Positions 52,619 to 64,000 of a stretch of DNA of 64,000 nucleotides are shown here, one piece after another. The notes beneath the pieces were generated by a model, which ran no database searches, was not told where the DNA came from, and was given only the letters and a program-made list of their open reading frames with translations. Location of the stretch: contig JAHJDG010000101.1 in NCBI GenBank assembly GCA_018812265.1, forward strand, positions 13,174 through 77,173, given 5' to 3'. The first letter of the stretch is position 1; every line of letters starts with the position of its first letter. This stretch comes from a bacterium (GTDB lineage Bacteria > Electryoneota > RPQS01). A program made the translations under genes and the position numbers.

Positions 52619-53876
52619 TTGCCACGGGAAGAGAAGGAAGGCCTTCCGATCCCGGGGTGTGCGAACGGGCTGAGTTTGAATCTCGATGAGCCGCTCCTCC
52701 GTGAAGGTGGAAGCGTCGGACGATCTTGGCCATCTTGTCCAACGCGAAATCGAGCTGTTCCAGTGTATGCGTGGACATAACCGAGAATCGGATCAAGCTC
52801 TGACCGGGCTGTACGGCGGGGGGGACAACCGGATTGATGAACACCCCTTCCTGCTGCATGGTCGTTGTAACCTGAAAGGCCAGCATTTCATCGCCGATTA
52901 CCACGGGGATGATTGGAGTTTCGCTGACTCCGGTATCCAGTCCCAAAGTATTCAAACCTTCCCGCAGATAGCGGGTGTTGCGCCACAGCAGATCACGCCG
53001 CTCCGGTTCCGCGGTGATGATTTCGAGGGCCGCGATCACCGCCGCCACCGAAGCGGGCGGCGGGCTGGCCGAGAAGATCAGCGCCCGGCTGTGATGCTTG
53101 AGATATTCGATAACATCCTCGGAAGCCGCCACAAATCCGCCGATTGAGGCCAGAGACTTCGAGAAGGTTCCGACAATCAATTCGACCTGATCGTTGAGTC
53201 CGTAATGCGGGGCGGTGCCGCGTCCCTGGGGTCCCAGAACGCCAATGCCGTGTGCATCGTCAAGCAACAGGTCGGCACCATGTCGCTCGCAAACCTCAAG
53301 AATCTGGGGCAGCCTGACGATATCCCCCTCCATCGAGAACACACCCTCGGTAACCACCAGTTTCGGCTTGTCGCCGAGTCCGGTCAGGACGCGGTCGAGA
53401 TCGCGTTCATCATTGTGACGAAACTTGACCATCTTGCCGAAAGACAGGCGCGCACCATCAATAATCGAGGCATGATCGAGCGAATCCGTGACGACAAATC
53501 CGTTGCGCTGGACCAGAGTCGCGATGGCTCCGAGGTTGGCCTGAAAGCCGGTGGAAAAGAGCAGCACGGCTTCCTTCTGAATGTACTCGGCCAGCCGCTC
53601 CTCACATTCCACATGGATCGCGAGGGTTCCATTCAGAAATCGGGAACCGGCACAACCGGAACCGAACAAACGGACCGCGGCAATGGCCGCTTCCTTTACC
53701 TTGGGATGGTTGGTCAGCCCCAGGTAATTATTCGATCCGAGCATCAATACGTCTTGGCCGTGCATTTTGACCATCGTGTCCTGATCGGACTCGATGGCGC
53801 GGAAATACGGATAGACACCCGCTGCTCGCACCTGGCGGGCCGTTTGGAACCGAGCTACCTTTTCCGCAATTCGCAC
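52575..53876 (-). CDS. alpha-oxoamine synthase (PLP-dependent; KBL / serine palmitoyltransferase / BioF-like)
   Basis: LGSNNYLGL, DDAHGIGVLG and GTFSKSLASIGGF (PLP lysine) motifs. Unusual ~45 aa low-complexity C-terminal tail. Confidence 0.8.
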   Translation of the reverse strand: MRIAEKVARFQTARQVRAAGVYPYFRAIESDQDTMVKMHGQDVLMLGSNNYLGLTNHPKVKEAAIAAVRLFGSGCAGSRFLNGTLAIHVECEERLAEYIQKEAVLLFSTGFQANLGAIATLVQRNGFVVTDSLDHASIIDGARLSFGKMVKFRHNDERDLDRVLTGLGDKPKLVVTEGVFSMEGDIVRLPQILEVCERHGADLLLDDAHGIGVLGPQGRGTAPHYGLNDQVELIVGTFSKSLASIGGFVAASEDVIEYLKHHSRALIFSASPPPASVAAVIAALEIITAEPERRDLLWRNTRYLREGLNTLGLDTGVSETPIIPVVIGDEMLAFQVTTTMQQEGVFINPVVPPAVQPGQSLIRFSVMSTHTLEQLDFALDKMAKIVRRFHLHGGAAHRDSNSARSHTPGSEGLPSLPVASAGTGPGLDPAAPD

Positions 53877-53886
53877 GTAATAATCC

Positions 53887-54234
53887 TCATTTCAGCGGTT
53901 CGCGCTCACGACCGAACCATTCCGATACGAAGGGCAGCGAAAACGTCTGACCGCGAACGACGTGGACAATACCCACTAAGGCAATGATGACACATATAAA
54001 AATCACTACGTCCCATACCGCCGGCAAATAGCGAAGTATGAGCGCGAAAACCTCGGCTACGAAGAGCAGAATGCCGAGTCGAATATGTCCGGTCACAAAC
54101 GGACTGCGGTCGGTTCGGACAAAGGGAATGAGACAGAGAACCGGAACGTAGGCAAGCACGGCGAGAAGCTTGTCCTCTTCGGGGATCTCGGTCTGCGGTT
54201 GTGGCGATGGCTCGCTATGATTCGGCATGGTCAT
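53887..54234 (-). CDS. DUF4870-like small membrane protein
   Basis: Pro-rich N-terminus followed by two or three TM helices with LAVLAYVPVL pattern. Confidence 0.45.
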   Translation of the reverse strand: MTMPNHSEPSPQPQTEIPEEDKLLAVLAYVPVLCLIPFVRTDRSPFVTGHIRLGILLFVAEVFALILRYLPAVWDVVIFICVIIALVGIVHVVRGQTFSLPFVSEWFGREREPLK

Positions 54235-54244
54235 CTCAAGAACT

Positions 54245-54320
54245 TGGTACCCCCGACGGGACTCGAACCCATGCTCCCGGCTCCGGAGGCCGGTGCTCTA
54301 TCCAACTGAGCTACGGGGGC
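54245..54320 (-). tRNA. tRNA-Arg (anticodon CCG), CCA encoded
   Basis: Minus-strand sequence GCCCCCGTAGCTCAGTTGGATAGAGC...anticodon loop CTCCGGA...GGTTCGAGTCCC...CGGGGGTACCA. Confidence 0.8.
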
Positions 54321-54488
54321 AAGCAGAAAGGACTTCTTTATTCATTAAATATACTTTAGATACATGGAAAACGCAACTCTTAAGTTATTCTAACACTGTT
54401 CACCGATAACCGGTTTCTATAAAGATAACAATAGCATAGGGTCAGCATCGTGGGACTTTGAGGAAATCCATAGCGAACAGACAGGCTG

Positions 54489-56732
54489 TTAGGAGGAGTA
54501 CTCAGCCGTACCCTCACCAAGAAGAAATGGAATGGCTCCCTCATAGATTTCCTCCATCTGCTCGACCGGCATGGCGATCCAGTCATTGATGACCAAGAGA
54601 TCACCCCCCACCCGACCAAGTATCTGAACGGGCACACTGTGCCGTTCGGCCGCATGACGAAAACCCGACCACTGGCCATGCTCAACCGAAACCACCACAC
54701 AACCCGCGCTCTCGGCAAATAGGGACTCAACGGCTCTGCCTTTCCAGGGAAACGTCAACACACAACCCAATTTCCCGGCAATGCACATCTCGGCCACCGT
54801 GACGGCGAGACCTCCTTCCGACAGATCATGAGCCGATTTCACAAGGCCGAGATCGGCAAGCTCGGCGAGCAGCTCGATCAATTGGAGATTCGACTCCATG
54901 TCCAGGCGAGGCGGTGCACCGGCAACCGTTCCGTGGATTACGCTCAGAAACTCGCTGGCTCCGATATCCGGTCCCGGAGTGCCCAGTAGCGCCACAAAGT
55001 CTCCCTCGTCCTTGAAGCCCATCGCAACCGTCCGATCCACGTCTTCAATGAGACCGACCATTCCGATGACGGGAGTCGGCAGCACGGATTTGTCGCGCGT
55101 TTCATTGTAGAAGGAAACGTTTCCGCCGGTAACGGGGATGTCCAGGCTGCGGCAAGCTTCCGCAATTCCGGTGACCGCTTCGTGGAAGAAGTAATAGGTT
55201 TCCGGATTCATCGGACTGCCGAAGTTCAGGCAGTTGGTGATCCCAATGGGGCGCGCACCGGCACAGGCCACGTTGCGCGCTCCTTCGAAAACAGCCAGTG
55301 CCGCTCCCCGCTGGGGATCCACGGCAACGTATCGGGAGTTGCAGTCCACCGTGAGCGCAAGACCTTTGCGGGTTCCCGGAACTCTCAGGATGGCCGCATC
55401 ACATCGTCCGCCACCGATGCGGGTGTTGGCTCCGATGGTGTGATCGTATTGTTCATAGATCCAACGCTTGCTGGCGATGTTCGGCGAAGCGAGAAGTTTC
55501 TCCAGAACCTCGTTGAAGTTGTCGGGCTCGGGAAGATGCGTAGGATCGAAGGCAAGGAGCGCATCCAAGTGTCGCGGGCGGGTGAATGGACGACGATACT
55601 CGGGAGCCCCTCCGCCGAGCACCAGATGAGCGGCGGGGACATCGGCAACTTGCTGACCGTTTTCGTGGACCACAAACCGATCATCCTCCGACACCGTACC
55701 GACTTCATCGGCGTGAATATCCCACTTGGCGAAGATCCGTTTGGCCGTTCCCTCCCCGCCCCGACGAATGATCGCCAGCATCCGCTCCTGTGATTCGGAG
55801 AGACACACCTCATAGGCGGTCATGCTTTCTTCGCGGCGGGTCACCCGATCAACGTCGAGGCGGATTCCCGATTTGCCGCGCGCCGCCGTCTCGGTGCAGG
55901 AGCAGGTGATTCCGGCGGCGCCCATGTCCTGGATACCGACCAGCACTCCCGACTCGATGAGTTCCAGAGTTGCCTCAAGCAGAAGTTTCTCCTTGAAGGG
56001 ATCGCCGATCTGCACGGACGGCCGTCGCTGTTCTGATTTTTCCGAGAGTTCTTCCGAGGCGAAGGTTGCCCCGTGAATGCCGTCGCGTCCGGTCGCCGCG
56101 CCGACTACGAACACCGGATTTCCCGGGCCTTCCGCGGCAGCGCGCGCCATCTTGCCATGCTCGACGATTCCCACCGCCATAGCATTCACGAGCGGATTTT
56201 CATCATAGGAGGAATCGAAGTAGACCTCGCCGCCGACCGTCGGCACGCCGAAGCAATTGCCGTAATCGGCGATGCCGCGAACGACTCCCCGCAGGAGTTC
56301 CCGATTGCGAGGCACCGTGAGTGCTCCGAATCGCAACGAGTTCAACGCTGCGATCGGTCGTGCGCCCATCGTGAAAATATCCCGCAGGATCCCCCCCACT
56401 CCGGTGGCCGCGCCCTGATAGGGTTCGACGGCGGACGGGTGATTGTGGCTCTCGATCTTGAAACACACGCCCAGACCGTCACCGATATCGAGCACTCCCG
56501 CGTTCTCTTCTCCGGCGCTGACCAAGACACGCCGGCCCTTTCGCGGCAACCGTTTCAGTTCCAGAATCGAGTTCTTATAGGAGCAGTGCTCGGACCACAT
56601 TACGGAATAGAGACCGAGTTCGACATAGGTCGGTACGCGTCCGAGTATCTCACGGATCCATCCGTATTCTTGCTCGGAGAGTCCGTGCTCCAATGCGGTT
56701 TGCAGGGTGACGATAGGGTAGGCGTGATCCAT
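54489..56732 (-). CDS. purL: phosphoribosylformylglycinamidine synthase subunit PurL
   Basis: 747 aa with duplicated PurM-like domains. N-terminus [20 protein letters not shown]. Confidence 0.9.
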   Translation of the reverse strand: MDHAYPIVTLQTALEHGLSEQEYGWIREILGRVPTYVELGLYSVMWSEHCSYKNSILELKRLPRKGRRVLVSAGEENAGVLDIGDGLGVCFKIESHNHPSAVEPYQGAATGVGGILRDIFTMGARPIAALNSLRFGALTVPRNRELLRGVVRGIADYGNCFGVPTVGGEVYFDSSYDENPLVNAMAVGIVEHGKMARAAAEGPGNPVFVVGAATGRDGIHGATFASEELSEKSEQRRPSVQIGDPFKEKLLLEATLELIESGVLVGIQDMGAAGITCSCTETAARGKSGIRLDVDRVTRREESMTAYEVCLSESQERMLAIIRRGGEGTAKRIFAKWDIHADEVGTVSEDDRFVVHENGQQVADVPAAHLVLGGGAPEYRRPFTRPRHLDALLAFDPTHLPEPDNFNEVLEKLLASPNIASKRWIYEQYDHTIGANTRIGGGRCDAAILRVPGTRKGLALTVDCNSRYVAVDPQRGAALAVFEGARNVACAGARPIGITNCLNFGSPMNPETYYFFHEAVTGIAEACRSLDIPVTGGNVSFYNETRDKSVLPTPVIGMVGLIEDVDRTVAMGFKDEGDFVALLGTPGPDIGASEFLSVIHGTVAGAPPRLDMESNLQLIELLAELADLGLVKSAHDLSEGGLAVTVAEMCIAGKLGCVLTFPWKGRAVESLFAESAGCVVVSVEHGQWSGFRHAAERHSVPVQILGRVGGDLLVINDWIAMPVEQMEEIYEGAIPFLLGEGTAEYSS

Positions 56733-56734
56733 GT

Positions 56735-58690
56735 TTATAACGACGTTTCGGAATTGCGGGACTGGAAAAACGAGTAGACGCTCTCGGCCACGGAACGTGG
56801 GACACCGGGAACAGCGGCGATTTCCTCAAGCGACGCCTCGCACAGAGCTTTCACGGTGCCAAAGCGCGAAAGCAGAGCTTTGCGGCGGGCGGGGCCGACT
56901 CCCTCGACTTCATCGAGAAGAGATTTCAGCGAGCGTTTGTTTCGCAGTTGCCGGTGATAGGTAATGGCGAAGCGATGGGCTTCGTCGCGCACCTGTTGCA
57001 GCAGACGCAGTGCGGATGAGGTGCGGGGAATGAACAGCGGCTCCGAATCACCGGGCTTATAGACCTCCTCGAGTCGCTTCGCCAAACCGATGATCGGACA
57101 ATCCGTGATTCCCAACTCACTAAGCGCAGCCATGGCGGCGGCAAGCTGACCCTTTCCACCGTCAATGAGGATCAGATCGGGAAGCGGTTGTCCTTCCTTC
57201 TGGACGCGCAGAAATCGTCGGGAAACAGCTTCGCGCATGCAGGCATAGTCGTCCATGCCCTCGACAGTTTTGATACGAAAACGACGGTAGAATGATTTCG
57301 CGGGCCGGGCATCACGAAACACGATCATCGAAGCGACTTTATCGGTACCCTGCAAAGTCGAAATATCGAAGGCAACGATCTCGCGGGGGAGTTGCGGCAA
57401 ACCGAGCTGCAATTTCAGCTCCGACAGGGATGCCGGAACACGCGATCGTGCTTGCTGAGAGATCTTATACTCGCCGAGCAGCAGTTCCGCGTTGCGGGAC
57501 GCCAGTTCCACAAGGTGAGCCTTTTCGCCGCGAGCCGGCACACGAATCTCGATTCTCTGTCCCTGCCTCTTCTGCAGCAGCCACTCTTGCAGCACTTCAA
57601 TCGAGGGCGGTTGCAGCGGCAGATAGAGTTCATCCGGAATCGAGACAGGCTCTCCGTAGAATCGCTCGACGGCTTCGCCGAGGATTTCGGCAAGCTCGCG
57701 ATCTCGACATTGTTTCACGCGATAGTGAAGTCGCCCGACCATCCGTCCACCGCGAACCTGCAGGATTACCGCACAACCGAGATCGTCTTCCACCGCGATA
57801 CCGAACACGTCGCGATTGAACGGCTCGGCGGAAATCACTTTCTGACGCTGGGTGAGATTGTCCAGAGCGGAGAGCCAATCGCGCAGTTGCGACGCCTGCT
57901 CGAACTTGAGATCATCAGCAAGCCGTTCCATTTCTTCTTGCAATCGCACAATGACGCTGTTTCCGCGACCGCAAACGACTTCAACGAAATCACGAACGCG
58001 AGCGGCGTATTCTTCGCGCGATTCATTGGCGACACACGGAGCATTGCAGCGGCCGATATGGAACTCAAGACAGACCTTGAATCGGCCTTTGGCGATAGCT
58101 TCTTCGTTCAGCGGTAGGTTGCAGGTACGGACTTTCAACATGCCGCGCAAGACATGCAACAAACCCCTCAGATGGAAAAGATCGCTGTAGGGTCCGAAAT
58201 ATCGGGAGCCGTCGGAGACGGGATGACGAGTCAGAAACGCACGGGGGTAGGATTCAGCCGTAATCCGAAGAAACGGAAACGATTTGTCGTCTCGGAGATC
58301 AATATTGTAGCGCGGCTTCCGTTCGCGAATCAAATTGCTCTCAAGAATCAGCGCTTCGAGCTCCGTGTCGGTCGTGATGACTTCCACGTCGGCGATTCGA
58401 CGAACAAGCGGCTCGAACTGATATCGTCCGTCATGACCGCTTTGGAAGTATTGCCGAACGCGCTGACGGAGTGCCCGCGCCTTACCGATGTAAATAACTT
58501 CACCGCGCTCGTCTTTGAACAAGTATACACCGGGGCGCATGGGCAGCGCACTCAGCTTCGCCTCGATATCGGATGCGCGCTTTCTATTTCTTGGCTGACT
58601 CGACAATTTCGAGCAGCACTCCTCCCACGGCTTTCGGATAAATGAATCCCACTCGCGTATCCTCCGCGCCGATTCGGGCAACCTCATCAA
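56735..58690 (-). CDS. uvrC: excinuclease ABC subunit C (start uncertain; ORF start overlaps the upstream gene by 107 nt)
   Basis: GIY-YIG N-terminus [29 protein letters not shown] motif, RNaseH-like and (HhH)2 C-terminus. Confidence 0.85.
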   Translation of the reverse strand: MMRLPESARRIREWDSFIRKPWEECCSKLSSQPRNRKRASDIEAKLSALPMRPGVYLFKDERGEVIYIGKARALRQRVRQYFQSGHDGRYQFEPLVRRIADVEVITTDTELEALILESNLIRERKPRYNIDLRDDKSFPFLRITAESYPRAFLTRHPVSDGSRYFGPYSDLFHLRGLLHVLRGMLKVRTCNLPLNEEAIAKGRFKVCLEFHIGRCNAPCVANESREEYAARVRDFVEVVCGRGNSVIVRLQEEMERLADDLKFEQASQLRDWLSALDNLTQRQKVISAEPFNRDVFGIAVEDDLGCAVILQVRGGRMVGRLHYRVKQCRDRELAEILGEAVERFYGEPVSIPDELYLPLQPPSIEVLQEWLLQKRQGQRIEIRVPARGEKAHLVELASRNAELLLGEYKISQQARSRVPASLSELKLQLGLPQLPREIVAFDISTLQGTDKVASMIVFRDARPAKSFYRRFRIKTVEGMDDYACMREAVSRRFLRVQKEGQPLPDLILIDGGKGQLAAAMAALSELGITDCPIIGLAKRLEEVYKPGDSEPLFIPRTSSALRLLQQVRDEAHRFAITYHRQLRNKRSLKSLLDEVEGVGPARRKALLSRFGTVKALCEASLEEIAAVPGVPRSVAESVYSFFQSRNSETSL

Positions 58691-58991
58691 TGAGGCGTAC
58701 TCCGTCCGATTTCAATCGCTCCAACTCGATCTGCGCAACGTCCGCCTGGAGCGCAAGGTGGTGAATCCCGGCTCCGCGCGCCGCAATGAACTTGGCGATG
58801 GGCGAATCGCCCGAGGTGGGTCGCAGAAGTTCCACGTGAAGCAATCCAATCTCGATCACGGCAACTTCTACGCGCTGCTCCGCGACCGTTTCGCGATGAA
58901 TGAGGCGACCCTCGGTCACTTTCTGCCATTGGGCAATAGCAGAATCGAGATCTTCTACGGCGATTCCGATATGATGAAGACCGGTAATCAT
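58584..58991 (-). CDS. methylmalonyl-CoA epimerase (VOC/glyoxalase fold)
   Basis: LHHIGIAVEDLD and GIHHLAL metal-binding blocks, 135 aa. Confidence 0.75.
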   Translation of the reverse strand: MITGLHHIGIAVEDLDSAIAQWQKVTEGRLIHRETVAEQRVEVAVIEIGLLHVELLRPTSGDSPIAKFIAARGAGIHHLALQADVAQIELERLKSDGVRLIDEVARIGAEDTRVGFIYPKAVGGVLLEIVESAKK

Positions 58992-61873
58992 GCGGTAGTT
59001 CCCGAGAAAAATTCTTCCATCTGCTGCATCAGATCTTCCTCCGTACGCGTCGGCGACGGTTGCACGGGTAGACTCTCACGAATCATCTGACCATAGCGGG
59101 CCGTGAAGAGCCGCGGATCCATGACAATCGCAATACCTCGATCTTCCGGGTGACGAATCAAACGCCCGAGTCCTTGCTTCAAGCGAAGCGTGGCCACGGG
59201 GACGCTGTATTGACCGAAAGAATCCAAACCGGTTTCTTGCATGGCATCACACCGCGCCGCCACCCACGGTTCGGTCGGCACATCGAACGGGAGCCGCGTC
59301 ACGATCAGAATCTGCAGGGCCTCGCCCACAACGTCAATTCCTTCCCAAAGGCTCATCGCGCCGATGAGCACACCGTCACGGCTCTTTCGAAAGCTGTCCA
59401 GAAGATCGGGAAGAGAACCGCCACTACTCTGACTGAGAAGCGCTCTTCCTTTGCGCAGTACGACGGGCGCAAGTGCGGAAGTGAGCTTCGAAGCCAGATC
59501 GTTGGATGTACTCAAGATCAAAGTACCACGCGGAAAACGTTCGACGATGTTGGCTGCGATACGGCAGATGGCTTCACCATAGCCAACACCCCCCCGGCGC
59601 GGATCAGGAATAAACAGCGGTACAAGCACTCGCATTTGATCGGCGAGCGCAAACGGGCTTCCGACGATTGTCTCGCGCAGACGATCCGCCTCGGCAATTG
59701 CGCAAAGACCCAGCGATTCCCTGATCATGTCGAACGTTCCGCCGGCTGAAAGAGTCGCCGAAGTCAATACTGCGCTGTCAACGGCTGGCCAGAAGGATTT
59801 TTCCATGATGTCGGCAACGCCGACGGGTGCGGCATACAGCGAACACCACGACAATTGAGCGCCCCGCCCGAACTCAATCCACGTCACGAGGTTGGAATCA
59901 CTCTCTCCGAGCAGTCGCGTGATTCGGATCGCCAGTGTCTCTACCGATTCCGTCGCGCTCTTGAGCTCAACAAGCGTCTCGGCCGAAGGACGGTCATCTC
60001 CACGAAGCTCCGCCAAGTCCTCCACCAGCCGCCGCAGCGAAACGGAATGGCTCTGCAAGGCATCGGCGAATGAACTCAGCGAACGGGTTATTGACTCGTG
60101 GATCGCATCACCGAAGCCATAGCGCAATTTGCCGGTTCGGTCTCCTGGTTCGAGCCGCTGAACAAGATGCTCTCCAAGCTCGCCGAGGGCATGCCGAGCG
60201 GAAAGAAAAAGGGAACGGGTATCCGTGACGATCCGCTCGGCACGCGCCGAAATATCGGTAGAAACGTCCAACAGGTGCACGTAGATCGAGTGCAGCAATC
60301 CCCGGTCCGTGCGCTCATCCGTCAAGCGGGAAAGCACGCTGCGGATGGCAAGAAACGAAATCTCAATCGTCGCGGCACCCACCAGGGCGCGCTCCAATTG
60401 GTGGGCTTCATCCAAAACGAGTCGCTTTCCACCCCCTGCCGATAGCCGAGCCCAATCTGAGGCGAGGAGCGCATGATTTACGAACACGACATGCGCCTTC
60501 GCCGCACGCTCTTGGGCCGCACGGTAGAAATCGCCTTTCGCAACACTGCAGGCCGAGCCGGCACAAGCCATCGAATCGGAAGAAACCTGCGCCCACAGAT
60601 GGGGATGTAGGCGCGGGCTGAATCCACTGATTTCCGAAATATCTCCGACGCTCGTCAGCTCCGACCAACGCAGAAGTGGCATCAGATGAATGCGGTCGAG
60701 TTCGGTCAGTCTCGCGTCTGCTTCGGTGAGCAATCTTCGCAGCCGTCTCCTGCACAGATAGTTGTGACGTCCTTTCAGAACCGCCGAGAAAAAGACGTTC
60801 CCCACCGCTTTTCTCAAATCCGCAATATCCTTCCGATGAAGTTGCTCTTGAAGGATCTTGGTGTAGGACGAGACAAGGACCTGACGTTTCTCCTCCGGAT
60901 CTTCCAACGCCCAGCGAAGGGCCGGCACCAGATAGGCAAGCGACTTTCCAACACCGGTTGGTGCCTCAGCCAGCAACAGGTGATTCTCGGCGAACGCCGT
61001 CTCGATAGCCTCGGCAAGCTCCACCTGTTGCGGGCGCAACCTGAAAAACGGGAGTGTACGTTCGAGGAGACCGCCCCTTCCGAAGAGTTCCGCGAGATCG
61101 TGACGGAACTCAACCGTGTCTTCCCCGGCAGTCTCACTCTTCTGCACAGGGGGAGGTTTCTCGGACCCCACCGTCAGTCGCAAGAGCGCGGAAAAAAGAA
61201 ATCGGCTCCGATGAGTGGTCGAGGAAACGAGTCCATTGAGATCGGCGGCCAGTGAATGCCAGACGCGGGTTGGAAGACGTTCGACCATGGCTGCCAATAG
61301 CGAGCCCGTCGCGACGGCGTCTTCCTGTGCACGGTGAGTCGCTTGCCGCTGCACATCGAAAGTACGGGTCAAAGAGCCGAGCGAGAAGGAAGGCAATTCC
61401 GGCCAGAAGGTGCGGGCCAACAACACTGTGTCCACGGCGTTCGCATTCACGAAGGCAAACGGATTCGTGGACTTCGTTCGTCCAAATGCCGTTCCTGCGG
61501 TTCGCAGAAAACTCAGATCGAACTCGATATTGTGACCGACCAGCGGATCATCAGCCAAAAATTCGAGAAATTCACCCGCTACCTCGGGGAAATGAGGCGC
61601 AAGACGCAAATCCTCGTCCGTGATGCCCGTGAGCTGCGTGATGAAGGGATCAAGCTGCCGTTTGGGACGGATGAAGGTTCGATAGGTCTCGGCAATCTTG
61701 CCATTGTGAAACCGAGCCGCGCCGATCTCGATCAGCTCATCGGACTCCGAATCAAGACCCGTAGTCTCCACGTCCACCGCCACAAATTTCGACAATCCCA
61801 GATCATCCCACCATGGCGGCTCTCGATTCTCGATCGAGACATTCACAGTGCCGTTTCGCACCGTTTCCATCAA
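58988..61873 (-). CDS. dinG: DnaQ-like 3'-5' exonuclease fused to a DinG-family ATP-dependent helicase
   Basis: N-terminal exo motif [11 protein letters not shown]. Central DEAH-type helicase with Fe-S/Rad3-like spacing. 961 aa. Confidence 0.75.
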   Translation of the reverse strand: MMETVRNGTVNVSIENREPPWWDDLGLSKFVAVDVETTGLDSESDELIEIGAARFHNGKIAETYRTFIRPKRQLDPFITQLTGITDEDLRLAPHFPEVAGEFLEFLADDPLVGHNIEFDLSFLRTAGTAFGRTKSTNPFAFVNANAVDTVLLARTFWPELPSFSLGSLTRTFDVQRQATHRAQEDAVATGSLLAAMVERLPTRVWHSLAADLNGLVSSTTHRSRFLFSALLRLTVGSEKPPPVQKSETAGEDTVEFRHDLAELFGRGGLLERTLPFFRLRPQQVELAEAIETAFAENHLLLAEAPTGVGKSLAYLVPALRWALEDPEEKRQVLVSSYTKILQEQLHRKDIADLRKAVGNVFFSAVLKGRHNYLCRRRLRRLLTEADARLTELDRIHLMPLLRWSELTSVGDISEISGFSPRLHPHLWAQVSSDSMACAGSACSVAKGDFYRAAQERAAKAHVVFVNHALLASDWARLSAGGGKRLVLDEAHQLERALVGAATIEISFLAIRSVLSRLTDERTDRGLLHSIYVHLLDVSTDISARAERIVTDTRSLFLSARHALGELGEHLVQRLEPGDRTGKLRYGFGDAIHESITRSLSSFADALQSHSVSLRRLVEDLAELRGDDRPSAETLVELKSATESVETLAIRITRLLGESDSNLVTWIEFGRGAQLSWCSLYAAPVGVADIMEKSFWPAVDSAVLTSATLSAGGTFDMIRESLGLCAIAEADRLRETIVGSPFALADQMRVLVPLFIPDPRRGGVGYGEAICRIAANIVERFPRGTLILSTSNDLASKLTSALAPVVLRKGRALLSQSSGGSLPDLLDSFRKSRDGVLIGAMSLWEGIDVVGEALQILIVTRLPFDVPTEPWVAARCDAMQETGLDSFGQYSVPVATLRLKQGLGRLIRHPEDRGIAIVMDPRLFTARYGQMIRESLPVQPSPTRTEEDLMQQMEEFFSGTTA

Positions 61874-63345
61874 TCTTTGTAGTAGCGAATATCCAACATT
61901 CTCGCCGCAGCCGCCTCATCGAGACGTCGAACCGGAGTCGTGTGGGGAGCGGTCTTGAGCAGGTCGGGATTCTCCAGCGAGTCCTTATTAATCTGTCGCA
62001 TGACCTCGATGAATTCATCGAGAGTCTCTTTGCTCTCCGATTCCGTGGGTTCGATCATGAGGGCTTCGTGGACGATGAGCGGGAAGTAGACCGTCGGTGG
62101 GTGCATTCCATAATCAAGCAAACGCTTGGCCATGTCGGCGGTGCGGACGCCTCGCGCTTTCTGCCGGTCACCCGAGAGCACCACTTCGTGCATGCATGGA
62201 CTGCCGAAGGGAAGTTCGAATTCCGTAGACAGCTTGGCTCGAAGATAGTTCGCATTGACGATCGCCGTTTCACTGATCTCGCGCATGCCTTCTTGTCCCA
62301 TGGACAGAATATAGGCGAGCGCTCGGACGTGAACGCCGAAGTTCCCGAAGAAAGTATGAACATGGCCGATAGAATCGGGACGATCCCAATCAAGTTCAAA
62401 CCGCTCGCCATGACGACAAACTACCGGTGACGGCAGGAAGGGTTCGAGATGTTTCTTCACAAGCACCGGCCCGCTTCCCGGTCCACCACCTCCGTGAGGC
62501 GTCGAGAAGGTTTTGTGCAGGTTGATGTGGCACGCGTCGAATCCCATTTCACCGGGACGACAAATGCCAAGCATGGCGTTCAAATTCGCACCATCCATGT
62601 ACACCAATCCGCCAATGCCGTGAACGAGAGAGATGATTTCCTCGATGCGGGTTTCGAACAGTCCCAGTGTATTCGGATTGGTCAGCATGAGGGCCGCAAC
62701 TTCTTCGTCGAGGATTCGCTTCAGCGCTTCCACATCGAGGAGACCGTCACCGCCGCTGGGAAGCTCCACAACTTCGTAGCCAGCCACCCTAATACTGGCG
62801 GGATTGGTGCCGTGAGCACTGTCGGGGATGATGATTTTACGACGTGGACCTCCCTGCCCGGTAAGATAGGCACGGAACATGAGTAGAGCGGTGAGCTCGC
62901 CTTGGGCACCGGCGGCCGGCTGCAACGTGACGGCATCCAAGCCCGTGACTTCTTTGAGCGCTTCCCCCAGGCGGAACATCACTTCCAACGCGCCCTGTGC
63001 GGTAATCGCAGGTTGCAGCGGATGCAACGACGCAAATCCGGGAAGCGAGGCAATCTGCTCATTGACCCGCGGATTGTACTTCATCGTGCACGAGCCGAGC
63101 GGATAGAAATCACGGTCAATGTGATGATTGCGAACCGACAGATTGGTATAGTGGCGCACCACCGTATTCTCGCTCACTTCCGGCAGGCGCGGGGGAGATT
63201 TGCGGCGGAGTTCCGGCGAAAGTCCGGGCCCGACCGCCTGAACGGACGAATCGGGCGCATCGTATCCCCTCCGCCCTTCACGGCTGAGCTCGAAAATGAG
63301 CGGTGTCTCGTTTTGCAGCGAACGAACCTGTCTGTGTTTGGTCAT
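61870..63345 (-). CDS. gcvPB: glycine dehydrogenase (decarboxylating) subunit 2
   Basis: PLP lysine context [19 protein letters not shown]. Confidence 0.9.
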   Translation of the reverse strand: MTKHRQVRSLQNETPLIFELSREGRRGYDAPDSSVQAVGPGLSPELRRKSPPRLPEVSENTVVRHYTNLSVRNHHIDRDFYPLGSCTMKYNPRVNEQIASLPGFASLHPLQPAITAQGALEVMFRLGEALKEVTGLDAVTLQPAAGAQGELTALLMFRAYLTGQGGPRRKIIIPDSAHGTNPASIRVAGYEVVELPSGGDGLLDVEALKRILDEEVAALMLTNPNTLGLFETRIEEIISLVHGIGGLVYMDGANLNAMLGICRPGEMGFDACHINLHKTFSTPHGGGGPGSGPVLVKKHLEPFLPSPVVCRHGERFELDWDRPDSIGHVHTFFGNFGVHVRALAYILSMGQEGMREISETAIVNANYLRAKLSTEFELPFGSPCMHEVVLSGDRQKARGVRTADMAKRLLDYGMHPPTVYFPLIVHEALMIEPTESESKETLDEFIEVMRQINKDSLENPDLLKTAPHTTPVRRLDEAAAARMLDIRYYKD

Positions 63346-64000
63346 GATGGGGAACCTTTCAGAAACGCGCGCACTGCATCGGCATAGCGATCCATCTCGT
63401 CGGCGGTGCGGCGCTCGGTAAGGGCGACAAGCAGTGCATCATCTAGTCCCATGTTGAATCGCTTCAGGGGAATGCCGGGGAGAATATCACGCTTGGCCAT
63501 GAACTCGAGGAACGCCGGTACGTCACCCTTCAGACGAAACACGAATTCCTTGAAATGAAGCCCATCGAACAGGAGTTGAACTCCGGGAATTTCGCTCAGT
63601 TTGTTGCGCAGGTAGTTGCAGTTCTTCATGCAGGTCTCGCCGATCTCGCGCAAACCTTGAGGACCGACCAGCGACAGGAAGATCGTGGCTCGCGTCGCGC
63701 AGAGTCCCTCATTGGTGCAGATATTGGAGGTGGCCTTGTCACGGCGGATGTGTTGCTCGCGAGTTTGCAACGTTAAGACGTAGCCCCGACGGCCGTCCAC
63801 GTCACGGGTTATTCCGGCGATTCGTCCGGGAGCACGACGCACAAGCTTTTCACTGACGGCGAACAATCCAAGATACGGGCCTCCGTAGGATTGGGGATTG
63901 CCAAGCGCCTGTCCTTCACCGACGACAATATCCGCATCCCAATTGCCGGGCGGTTCAAGCACGCCCATCGCCAGCGGATCCGCAACGACAATCGCCAGTG
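63342..64000 (-). CDS. gcvPA: glycine dehydrogenase (decarboxylating) subunit 1, C-terminal part (gene continues beyond window end)
   Basis: Reading frame open to the window edge. GcvPA C-terminal domain. Stop overlaps the gcvPB start (ATGA). Confidence 0.8.
   Translation of the reverse strand, partial: LAIVVADPLAMGVLEPPGNWDADIVVGEGQALGNPQSYGGPYLGLFAVSEKLVRRAPGRIAGITRDVDGRRGYVLTLQTREQHIRRDKATSNICTNEGLCATRATIFLSLVGPQGLREIGETCMKNCNYLRNKLSEIPGVQLLFDGLHFKEFVFRLKGDVPAFLEFMAKRDILPGIPLKRFNMGLDDALLVALTERRTADEMDRYADAVRAFLKGSPS

Noticed and set aside
48307-52780. Plus-strand ORFs of 500 aa and 366 aa opposite the acyl-CoA ligase and GNAT/AOS genes
   Set aside because: Antisense to genes with clear enzyme motifs. 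Low-complexity Arg/Gly-rich translations.

Overview
High-GC (~58-60%) bacterial chromosomal segment, densely coded, with about 55 genes. Most are on the minus strand except an 11-gene plus-strand nuo operon. Housekeeping content includes pcm, leuS, a complex I operon nuoABCDHIJKLMN with no nuoEFG, mpl, folD, the yceD-rpmF-plsX-fabHDG-acpP-fabF-rnc cluster, purL, uvrC, an exonuclease-DinG fusion and gcvPB/gcvPA. There are four or five tRNAs: two tRNA-Pro, a tRNA-Arg and a probable tRNA-Sec. Accessory or unusual content: (1) a low-GC islet (~3150-5300) carrying a stand-alone DUF262/DUF1524 GmrSD-family type IV restriction enzyme with a palindromic leader. (2) Selenocysteine machinery (selC candidate, selB, selA) scattered through a long minus-strand gene string, with no selD and no obvious selenoprotein in the window. 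(3) A glycosylation locus with two GT-C enzymes, a Wzx-type flippase, a GT4 and a GT2. (4) Three PEGA-domain proteins, one fused to a TlpA-like redoxin. (5) An acyl-CoA ligase / GNAT / alpha-oxoamine synthase aminolipid-like cluster. (6) In-frame tandem repeats and a recurring 17-nt motif inside the essential leuS gene. No CRISPR array, transposase or integrase was seen. All calls rest on reading the translated ORFs and the nucleotide sequence by eye; no database searches were run.
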